Shown one piece after another: positions 1 through 7,272 of a stretch of DNA of 32,000 nucleotides. The notes below the pieces were generated by a model. The model saw only the letters and a list, made by a program, of their open reading frames with translations, made no database searches and was not told the origin of the DNA. Within the stretch, counting starts at the first letter, position 1. The number at the start of each line of letters is the position of its first letter. The position numbers were made by a program, and so were the translations under genes. The stretch covers positions 1,770,001 through 1,802,000 of the forward strand of contig CP149973.1 of NCBI GenBank assembly GCA_029269845.2, written 5' to 3'. This DNA is from Opitutia bacterium KCR 482 (GTDB taxonomy: Bacteria > Verrucomicrobiota > Verrucomicrobiia > Opitutales > Intestinicryptomonadaceae).

Positions 1-89
1 TTTTCAAGCTCTTTGAGGCTGTATATATAACCCTTTGCGCCGCCTTCTTCCGACGCAAACTTTTTCAGTGTATTGAGCGGATTTTTCAT
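1..89 (-). CDS. Hypothetical protein, N-terminal fragment (gene runs off the left edge)
   Basis: ATG at 89-87 (minus strand) is preceded by a GAGGA-like RBS, 14 nt downstream of the stop of the previous minus-strand gene. It reads MKNPLNTLKKFASEEGGAKGYIYSLKELE... and stays open to the window edge. Too short to assign a family. Confidence 0.35.
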   Translation of the reverse strand, partial: MKNPLNTLKKFASEEGGAKGYIYSLKELE

Positions 90-102
90 GTATAAAATTC
101 CT

Positions 103-1416
103 CTAATCTTCGTTTTTTTCGGCGTCCTCAATCTCGACCGTGCATTCCCCGACGAGCTTGTCTTCGACGGTGTCGATTCTGATACGCATGCGCTGTTCCT
201 TCAAGTAGAGACGTTCGCCTTTTTCGGGGAATCTGCCAAGCAAAAAAGTAATCAAACCGCCGAAAGTGGAGACTTCGTCGGTATCGAAATCTACGTCGAG
301 AAAGTCCTCCACGCTTCTGAGTGTGGCGCGTCCGCGCACGAGGTATTTTTTGCGTCCGAGGGCCTTGATGTCGCTTGTGCGCGAGCGGTCGAACTCGTCG
401 CGGATTTTCCCGACAAGCTCTCCGAGCGCGGCGTCGAGCGTAAGCACCCCGATGACCCCGCCGAATTCGTCCTCCACCAGAGCCATGTGCAGCCTGTATT
501 TCAGAAGCTTTGCGAGCGCGCTTTCGAGCTTGTCGTTCTCCCTCACGCGGAACGTCTCGCGGCGGATTTTCATGAAGTCTATCGCGTCGGGGTTCGCCAC
601 GCCGCCGTTTATGAAAATGTCCTTGATGTGGACAATCCCGAAGCAGTTGTCGAGGTCGTCCTTGCAGAGCGGGTAGCGCGTGTGGTTCGACTCCGTCGCC
701 CGCGCGACGTTTTCGGCGTTCGAGCATTCGGTGTCGAGGTACACAACCTGGCTTCGCGGCAGCATTACGTCGCTTGCGTCAAGCTCCTGCAATTTGAAGG
801 CGTTTTTTACGATTTTCCCCGTGTAGGGCGTGATTGCCTCCGCGTCGTTTTCTTCGGCGCGGAGCATCATTTCAACGTCGATGTAGTCGAAGCCGACTTC
901 GAGGTCTTTGAGCTTTTTCGGCAGGAGTCTTGCCCCCAGTCGTCTCGACAGGAATTCGAAAGGCAGAAAAACCGCGAACGCAGCGTACATTGCGCCCCCG
1001 AGTTTCGCCATCGTCTTTTCGGGGAAGTTGCGCCCCAGCCGCATTGCGGGAATGTCGAACACCGCGTACTGCACGAACAGCACCGCCAACGCAGCCGCCA
1101 CCGCGATTGCCGCGCCCGAAAACGTGGAGGGGCGAGCTCCGCAGACAAGCTCGTCCATTCCGTCCGCCGCGAAGTACGCCATGACCGTGCCCACAGCGAA
1201 CAGAAACCTGCGGCCGAGCGAGACGACCGACGCCGTCTTTTCGGAGTTCAGCACGCAGTACTTCGCCGCGCCCGAAAGCTTGGGCTTTTCGGGCTTGTTG
1301 AGGTTCGCGAATTTGTACGCCGCCACCGCAACCGACGCCGCCGCGAGGCACGAGCCCGCCGCCGTCGCCGCCAGCGCAAGCGACGCGCACAACGCTATCT
1401 GCCAGACGGGCGACAT
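103..1416 (-). CDS. Hemolysin-family / CorC-HlyC transporter-associated membrane protein (DUF21 + CBS pair + CorC_HlyC domain)
   Basis: 437-aa ORF. The hydrophobic N-terminal third resembles DUF21. It is followed by a CBS-pair-like region (DVMLPRSQVVYLD..., RYPLC..., GIVHIKDI...LVEDEFGGVIGVLTLDA) and a C-terminal CorC_HlyC-like domain (TFGGLITFLLGRFPEKGE). The start lies 1 nt after the hisC stop. Confidence 0.85.
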   Translation of the reverse strand: MSPVWQIALCASLALAATAAGSCLAAASVAVAAYKFANLNKPEKPKLSGAAKYCVLNSEKTASVVSLGRRFLFAVGTVMAYFAADGMDELVCGARPSTFSGAAIAVAAALAVLFVQYAVFDIPAMRLGRNFPEKTMAKLGGAMYAAFAVFLPFEFLSRRLGARLLPKKLKDLEVGFDYIDVEMMLRAEENDAEAITPYTGKIVKNAFKLQELDASDVMLPRSQVVYLDTECSNAENVARATESNHTRYPLCKDDLDNCFGIVHIKDIFINGGVANPDAIDFMKIRRETFRVRENDKLESALAKLLKYRLHMALVEDEFGGVIGVLTLDAALGELVGKIRDEFDRSRTSDIKALGRKKYLVRGRATLRSVEDFLDVDFDTDEVSTFGGLITFLLGRFPEKGERLYLKEQRMRIRIDTVEDKLVGECTVEIEDAEKNED

Positions 1417-1417
1417 T

Positions 1418-2509
1418 CTATTTTGCGAATTTCGAAAGTTCGTCTATGCAGCGCTCGTTCTGTTCGGGCTTGCCGATTGTGATTCGCAGCCATTCGGGCA
1501 GTCCGTAGCCGACGTTCGGGCGCACGATTACCCCGCGCTTTTGCATCTGCACAAACACGTCGGGCGCGTTTTCCACTTTTACCATTACGAAATTCGCGCC
1601 GTCCGAATAGTATTCGAAGCCTAGCCTTTCGAAAGCCTCCACAAACTGCTTTCTGCCCGCGTTGTTCACGCGCCTGCTTTCCTCCACAAATTCGGTGTCG
1701 TCGAGAGCCGCCAGCGCGCCTACCTGCGCAAGGCTGTTTACGTTGAAGGGCTCGCGCACTCTGTTGATGTAGCCCGCAAGCTCTTCCGACGAGTACGAGT
1801 AGCCTATTCTAAGCCCCGCCAAGCCGTAGATTTTCGAGAACGTGCGCAGGCAGATTACATTGCGGCCCTCCGCGATGAGCGGGCGCAAGTCAACCTGTTC
1901 GTCCTGATATTCCGTGTAGGCTTCGTCGTAGCAGAACACGACGTGTTCGGGGAGAGAGCGCACAAAGTTTTCCACTTCCGACTGCTTCACGACGCAGCCC
2001 GTGGGGTTGTTGGGGTTTGTCATGAAAACGATTTTCGTTTTGTCGCTCACGGCGTCGCGCAGGGCGTCGAGGTCGTATTTTAGGTTGGGCATGGGCACGG
2101 CGACGCATTTGCCGCCCATGAAAATGGTCGCCAGTTTGTAGACGATGAACGACTGCGCGCCGAAGACGGTTTCGTCGCCCCTGTCCACAAAGCACTGCGC
2201 TATGAATTCGAGAAGCTCGTTCGAGCCGTTTCCGAAAGCGAACTGCGAGGGTTGCAAGCCCCACTTTTTTGCGAGTTTCTGGCGCAGCTCGTAGCAGCCG
2301 CCGTCGGGGTAGTAGTTGAGCGTTTCGAGGTGCTTTGATACCGCCGCGACCGCCTTGGGCGACGGGCCGAGGGGGTTTTCGTTGGACGCCATTTTCAAAA
2401 TTCCGTCGGGGTCAAGCCCGAACTCCCGCGCGACGTATTCGATTGGTTTTCCCGTTTCGTAAACGGGCAGGTTTTTGATTTGCGATTTTACCGTATTTTC
2501 AAGCTTCAT
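1418..2509 (-). CDS. hisC: Histidinol-phosphate aminotransferase
   Basis: 363 aa with typical HisC N-terminus and motifs (LPVYETGKP, KMASNENPLGPSP, YPDGGCYELR, NGSNELL, NPNNPTG, RTFSKIYGLAGLRIGY). Confidence 0.9.
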   Translation of the reverse strand: MKLENTVKSQIKNLPVYETGKPIEYVAREFGLDPDGILKMASNENPLGPSPKAVAAVSKHLETLNYYPDGGCYELRQKLAKKWGLQPSQFAFGNGSNELLEFIAQCFVDRGDETVFGAQSFIVYKLATIFMGGKCVAVPMPNLKYDLDALRDAVSDKTKIVFMTNPNNPTGCVVKQSEVENFVRSLPEHVVFCYDEAYTEYQDEQVDLRPLIAEGRNVICLRTFSKIYGLAGLRIGYSYSSEELAGYINRVREPFNVNSLAQVGALAALDDTEFVEESRRVNNAGRKQFVEAFERLGFEYYSDGANFVMVKVENAPDVFVQMQKRGVIVRPNVGYGLPEWLRITIGKPEQNERCIDELSKFAK

Positions 2510-2757
2510 GATAACTCTATAAATAATCTCCTTTAACTATGTATATAGCCACGGCTTTTGCAAGGCAGATATTGCGCTATTTTCACCGCGGCGGCGTTTC
2601 GGGCGCGTCCGCGCCTTCCGCAAAAAACGCGTTCGGCGCAATTCAAACGGAGGCGAATCGGCTCAAAATATGGCGAATTTACCCGAAATACGGCTCACGG
2701 TGAGCCGAAAAGCCTCAAAAAACTTGACATTTTGAGCTGAAAACCGATTTTTAGTGT

Positions 2758-3792
2758 ATGTCGATTTTAGATGAAATCTTAGGGTTTCTCCACTACAATC
2801 CCGATTCTACAAGGTCGGAGATAGCGGAAAACCTCGCAAACCCGCCGAGTCCTTCGAGCATGAAGCGTCTTTTGTCGGACGCCGTAGAAAACGGCATGAT
2901 TGCTATTGACGGGCGCGGGCGGGCGTCGCGCTATAGCATAACGCCGAAAGCCCACCTGTTGCGCACCTACGACGTAGACGAGTATTTCAAAAAGGAAATC
3001 GACGAGCGCACGGTTCAGACGTCGTTCAACTTCGATTTGCTCGAAAACCTTTTGCCCAAAGTGGAGCTTTTCAGCGGCGACGAAATGCGCCGTCTCGACG
3101 CCCTGCAACGGAAGTTCACGGAGAACATTTCGAAAATTTCGGCGGACTCCTACAACGCGGAAATGGAGCGGCTCGGCATAGATTTGAGCTGGAAGTCGTC
3201 TCAAATAGAGGGCAACACGTATTCGCTTTTGGAGACCGAGCGGCTTTTGCGCGAGCGCAAGCAGGCGGACGGGAAAAGCCGCGAAGAGGCTATCATGCTT
3301 TTAAACCACAAAGAGGCGCTGCGCTTTCTTCTCGAAAATCCCGACTATTTGCAGTCGCTTTCCGTAAGCCGAATCGAAGACGTGCACAGCATTCTTGTGC
3401 GCGACTTGAACGTAGAGCGCAATATCCGCAGGAGCAGGGTGGGAATCACCGGCACGAATTACAGACCGCTCGACAACGACTTCCAGATAAGGAAGGCGAT
3501 GGAGCTTGCGTGCAATCTGATAAACGGGCGCAAAAACGTTTTCGAAAGGTCGATGTTGTCGGTTTTGCTGCTGTCGTATATCCAGCCGTTTGCGGACGGC
3601 AACAAGCGCACTTCGCGGATTGTGGGCAACGCTGTTTTGATTGCCGAAAAATGCTGTCCGCTGTCGTTTAGAAGCGTCGATTCGCTCAAATACAAGGAGG
3701 CGGTTCTGGTGTTCTATGAGCAAAACAACATAAGCGCGTTCAAAAAAATATTCATCGACCAGTACGATTTTGCCGTGAACACTTATTTTTGA
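2758..3792 (+). CDS. Fic-family protein: N-terminal winged-helix-like region, internal inhibitory motif, and a non-canonical active-site motif (Gln in place of the catalytic His)
   Basis: 344 aa. The Fic core is IQPFADGNKRTSR at aa 275-287, compared with the consensus HxFx(D/E)GN(G/K)RxxR. The [ST]xxxE[GN] inhibitory motif is SSQIEG at aa 147-152. GC is visibly lower than in the neighbouring genes. Confidence 0.85.
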   Translation: MSILDEILGFLHYNPDSTRSEIAENLANPPSPSSMKRLLSDAVENGMIAIDGRGRASRYSITPKAHLLRTYDVDEYFKKEIDERTVQTSFNFDLLENLLPKVELFSGDEMRRLDALQRKFTENISKISADSYNAEMERLGIDLSWKSSQIEGNTYSLLETERLLRERKQADGKSREEAIMLLNHKEALRFLLENPDYLQSLSVSRIEDVHSILVRDLNVERNIRRSRVGITGTNYRPLDNDFQIRKAMELACNLINGRKNVFERSMLSVLLLSYIQPFADGNKRTSRIVGNAVLIAEKCCPLSFRSVDSLKYKEAVLVFYEQNNISAFKKIFIDQYDFAVNTYF

Positions 3793-3880
3793 GTTCCCCC
3801 CGATTTTTCAGCAAAGGCAAAATATGTTTGCGTGTCGGGGTTTGCGTGCCAAACTGTACTCAACTAACAAAGGTTTTTTT

Positions 3881-4810
3881 ATGCTGATTTTCTGTACGGG
3901 CGCGACTGGGCTTGTCGGCTACAATTTCATAAAGGCGGCGTCGGAGGCGGGGCACCGCGTCGTTGCGGTTTCGCATTCGCACGGGCTTCCGCAGTTCAAG
4001 GGGGTCGAACAAATGAAAATCGACCTCGCCGACACCGCGGCTGTTCAACGCGCGGTTCTCGACGCGTTCCCCGAAATGGTCGTAAACTGCGCGGCGATTT
4101 CAAGCCCCGCAGACGTGGACGCAAAGCCCGAACTCGCCGAGAAAATGAACACGGTGCTCCCCGAAACTTTGGCGATCCTCGCCAAGCACGTCAACGCGCG
4201 CCTGATTCACATTTCGACCGACATGGTTTTCGACGGCTCGTGCCCGCCCTACAAAAATACCGACGTTCCCATGCCAGCAACCCTCTACGGCACAACGAAG
4301 CTCATGGCGGAAAAGCGGGTTCTGAAAATCTGCGCGCCGTCGAGCGTCGTGTTGCGCCTAAGCCACGTCAGCGGAAACAGCCTCACTACAAAACGCTCGC
4401 TGCACGAAAAGCTTTTGCGCTCTTGGGCGGCGGGAAAGCCCGTATCGGCGCGGACGGACGAAATCAAGTGCCCGCTTTCCGCGTCGAGGCTCGCCGACCT
4501 GCTTTGCGAGCTTTGCGAACGCCCGAACGTCAGCGGCATTTACCACTACGCGGGGCTTGAACCCGTCAGCCGCTACGACATGGCCGCGCGCATCGCAAAG
4601 CACTTCGGGCTTGACCCGCAAAAATACGTCGTGCCGACAACGGGCGACAGGCGCGTAGATTTGACCATGGACATGTCGTGCCTTGCCGCCCGCGTGAAAA
4701 CGCGCTCGTGCATGTTCGACGAACTTTTCGACGAAATGCGCGTGCCCGCCGACGTCGAAGACTGGCTCAAAGCCGAGGGAAAGCTGCCCGTCAAACGCTT
4801 CAAACTGTGA
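3881..4810 (+). CDS. NAD(P)-dependent SDR, RmlD-like (dTDP-4-dehydrorhamnose reductase family)
   Basis: The start is set at the internal ATG that gives MLIFCTGATGLVGYNF (a GxxGxxG Rossmann motif). It has a YGTTK (YxxxK) catalytic motif and RmlD-like length (309 aa). The upstream part of ORF 3824.. looks like non-coding leader. Confidence 0.75.
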   Translation: MLIFCTGATGLVGYNFIKAASEAGHRVVAVSHSHGLPQFKGVEQMKIDLADTAAVQRAVLDAFPEMVVNCAAISSPADVDAKPELAEKMNTVLPETLAILAKHVNARLIHISTDMVFDGSCPPYKNTDVPMPATLYGTTKLMAEKRVLKICAPSSVVLRLSHVSGNSLTTKRSLHEKLLRSWAAGKPVSARTDEIKCPLSASRLADLLCELCERPNVSGIYHYAGLEPVSRYDMAARIAKHFGLDPQKYVVPTTGDRRVDLTMDMSCLAARVKTRSCMFDELFDEMRVPADVEDWLKAEGKLPVKRFKL

Positions 4811-5835
4811 TGGCGCGTGATTCGAAAACGTCGGCGTTGTCGGGGCTTTTTGCGGCTTTCGCGCTTCTTGCGTTCTCCGCGTGTTTTGCGCGGGCGGAGG
4901 TGTCGGCGCAAAACCTTTCGGGCGCGGCTTTGAAGCCGCTTGCGGAGTCTTTCCGCGCGGGGCTTGCAAAGTGCGGCGCAAAGTCGGGCGCGGTTTGCGC
5001 GGCGGCTCGCGGGCGGATAATTTTCGGCGCGGATTTTTCGGAGGGAAGCGGGCGCGTCTACCCGCTCGGAAACACGTCCCAGCCTCTGCTTTCGCTTATG
5101 CTGGCGGCGATGGAATCCGACGGAGAATTGGCGGCGGACTGGCGCGTCGCGCGGCACTGCTCGTATTTCAAGCCCGCCGACAGCCCCGCGACTTTCGACG
5201 ACCTTCTCTCCATGCGGGCGGGCTTCGAGCCTTACGCCGATTCGCTCGTTCCGCCCGACGCCGACGCGTTCGAATTTTTCGGAATCGCAGCCCAGTTGCC
5301 CCGCGCCGCAAACGGTTTCTTCGCGAGGTCGCGAGCAAGCGCGGCTTTGGCGGGCTACGCAATGGCGTATGTTTCCGACAAGAAATCGCGCAATCTGAAA
5401 AAGGCGTTCGCCGCGTGCGCAAAAAAATACCTCTTCGAGCCGCTTGAATTTTCGTCGCCGCGCTTCGCGTCTTTCGACAAGCCCGACTTCCCCGCGACCG
5501 CGTTCGCGCTGACCGTTCCCGACTGCGCAAAATGGCTCGAATGCGAAACCGCCGACAGCCCGAAAATCGCGACCCGCGCCGCGCTGGACTCTCGCCGCAA
5601 CCCTCGCGATTCCGACTGCAAATTCGGCGGCGGCTGGACTTCCTCGACCGAATGCGGCGTCTCGTTCCGCGTGTCGGCGGACTACTTCGAGGGCTGCGCG
5701 AACGTCGTTGCGGTGTTCCCCGCCGAGCGCGTCGCGGTGGCGTTTTTCGCCGCCTCGCGCGACGCAAAGGGCGCGGCGAAACTCTGCGCCGACTCGCTTT
5801 CGCAATTCGTAAAAATTCTTTCAAACGCACAATGA
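4810..5835 (+). CDS. Exported hypothetical protein, possibly a degenerate beta-lactamase/serine-hydrolase fold
   Basis: The ATG overlaps the upstream stop (TGATG). A signal peptide is present (MARDSKTSALSGLFAAFALLAFSACFARA). The layout around GNTSQPLLSLMLAAMESDGEL...FDDLLSMRAG resembles class-C-like serine hydrolases, but SQPL sits where SxxK is expected. The family call is weak. Confidence 0.55.
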   Translation: MARDSKTSALSGLFAAFALLAFSACFARAEVSAQNLSGAALKPLAESFRAGLAKCGAKSGAVCAAARGRIIFGADFSEGSGRVYPLGNTSQPLLSLMLAAMESDGELAADWRVARHCSYFKPADSPATFDDLLSMRAGFEPYADSLVPPDADAFEFFGIAAQLPRAANGFFARSRASAALAGYAMAYVSDKKSRNLKKAFAACAKKYLFEPLEFSSPRFASFDKPDFPATAFALTVPDCAKWLECETADSPKIATRAALDSRRNPRDSDCKFGGGWTSSTECGVSFRVSADYFEGCANVVAVFPAERVAVAFFAASRDAKGAAKLCADSLSQFVKILSNAQ

Positions 5836-6809
5836 AAACCGACTTTTTTAAATCAGTTCTGCTCTTCGTTTCCGCCGCTTTCGCGCTTCCGGCGTTCGGC
5901 TCTTTGAAATTCGCGTTCGTTGCTCCCGACGCCCTCACGCCGCAAAATGCCGCCGTCTTCAACGGCATGCGCGACGCGTTTGCGGAGCTTCAATCGCGCT
6001 ACGGAAAAACCTTCGAGGTCGAGTACATCGACGCCCGCCTCTCCGCCGAAAACCAGGCAAAACAGCTCGGCGGGGCGTATATAGGCGGCTTTGCGGGCGC
6101 GGTCGTTCTGCCCGTAGAATGCGCGAAGCCGCTTTCCGAAAAAATTTCCGCGCTGGCGGACAGGGGCTTTCCCGTAGCGCTCGTAGGCTCGGACATGCCC
6201 GAATCGAAACGCCTGTGCTTTGTAGGCGACGACCGCGACTCTTTCGGGAAAATTCTTTCCGGGCTTATCGCCGAGCTTTCGCGCGGAAAAAAATTCTCGC
6301 TTTTCTGCTATTTCAGGGGCGCGCCGTCCGCCGACATTCCGCCGACCGACACCGCCGAAATCTCCGCGCTTTTGGGCGGCGCAATGCCGCTCGACGCGTA
6401 CAAAGAGGCGGTTTCGAAATACAATCCCAAGCTTGTCTCCGCCGACTACTACTCGGTTTACGCGCGGCAAAATTCCGTGGAAATCATGCGGCGCGACGAC
6501 TACGGCGAGCTGTTTTTCAGCCCCTATTTGCTCGCCGACATGCAGCCCATTAAGCGCGATTCCGACAGGCTTTTCGCTGTTTGCGTAGGCGCGGTTCCGC
6601 AGCTTGAACGCTATCTTGCCGACTCCTCCGTCAACGCGTGCGTTTTCGGCGACTACTACGGCTGGGGCTATTTTGCGGCGCGCGCACTCGCGGAAAAGGC
6701 GGTCGGGAAAAGCAATCCCGAAAAAGAAGTGCGCTTGTTGAAGCCGCTCGTTGCGACCCCAAAAAATCTCAACTCATTCATCTCAGATTGGAAACGCTGG
6801 ATAAAGTAG
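5832..6809 (+). CDS. Exported periplasmic-binding-protein-like protein (type 1 sugar-binding/LacI-like fold)
   Basis: The ATG overlaps the upstream stop by 4 nt. A signal peptide is present (MKTDFFKSVLLFVSAAFALPAFG). The pattern FAFVAPD...NGMRDAFAEL...GAVVLPVE...ALADRGFPVALVGSDMP...CFVGDD is typical of type 1 periplasmic binding proteins. Confidence 0.6.
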   Translation: MKTDFFKSVLLFVSAAFALPAFGSLKFAFVAPDALTPQNAAVFNGMRDAFAELQSRYGKTFEVEYIDARLSAENQAKQLGGAYIGGFAGAVVLPVECAKPLSEKISALADRGFPVALVGSDMPESKRLCFVGDDRDSFGKILSGLIAELSRGKKFSLFCYFRGAPSADIPPTDTAEISALLGGAMPLDAYKEAVSKYNPKLVSADYYSVYARQNSVEIMRRDDYGELFFSPYLLADMQPIKRDSDRLFAVCVGAVPQLERYLADSSVNACVFGDYYGWGYFAARALAEKAVGKSNPEKEVRLLKPLVATPKNLNSFISDWKRWIK

Positions 6810-6818
6810 GCGCGTTAG

Positions 6819-7196
6819 ACGGCGCGTGAAAGCACTTCCCTAAGGGCGTTTCCCTGTACGCCCAGACCGCTCGCGTACGAAAGTACGCCACGCGCCCTGT
6901 GCGCACAGGAAAGCCACCCTTATGAAAGCACTTTGACGCGCCTAACAAGTGAGTGCTATCGCACGAAGATTTTTAGAGTGCGCTGGGATAAAAGCGGGGT
7001 GGGGCGGTAGGCGGAGAATTTGCGTTTGCGGATTTTCGTTTTTTTTATCCGCGCAAAGCGCGTCTATTTAATTAGTTTCTGTCTGATATTCGTCAATTTC
7101 AATTCCAGTAATTGCCAACGGCAATACGAACTAAAACAGAAAAGGCGCGGTTATAGCCGCGCCGCATAATCACAGAAAGGAGCGAAGCTCCGACGA
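6819..7196. repeat. Copy A of a conserved, hairpin-rich non-coding element of about 0.4 kb (candidate structured RNA or intergenic repeat family)
   Basis: Collinear same-strand alignment with 19605-20066. The first 77 nt differ by 2 substitutions and 1 loop indel. The last ~90 nt differ at ~10 positions. Hairpins are conserved at 6873-6888, 7028-7052, 7111-7125, 7144-7163 and 7179-7191. No ORF is shared between the copies. Confidence 0.85.
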
Positions 7197-7272
7197 GTGG
7201 CGCGGCTCGCGTCTGAAATAAGGCTTGCATAATGGAGGTGTGGTGTTAAGGTTTTGGATAAAAGTACAGTTT

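Noticed and set aside
73-1482. A long plus-strand ORF (469 aa) antisense to the CorC-like gene. Similar long antisense ORFs occur at 4573-5805(-), 11274-13178(+), 14647-16191(+), 20402-21667(-), 24969-25778(-), 26029-27036(-) and 18457-19563(-).
   Set aside because: Their translations are Arg/Ala/Gly/Val-rich and low-complexity, with no recognisable motifs. Each lies opposite a gene with strong family signatures. These are the typical stop-poor antisense frames of high-GC DNA.
2510-2757. The divergent hisC/Fic spacer as a possible ncRNA or riboswitch. It contains hairpin CGGCTCA-CGG-TGAGCCG near 2693-2709, repeated GAGC(C/T)GAAAA boxes and a TTGACA at 2723-2728.
   Set aside because: I see only short, unconserved hairpins and no known riboswitch core, and I have no second copy for comparison. 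It is most simply a divergent promoter region. No convincing -10 partner could be placed, so no promoter feature was called.
7144-7163. Hairpin GGCGCGG-TTATAG-CCGCGCC as the plus-strand terminator of the upstream gene.
   Set aside because: It has no downstream U-tract on the plus strand, where it is followed by GCATAATC. It lies >330 nt after the stop codon. Only the minus-strand orientation has a U-run.
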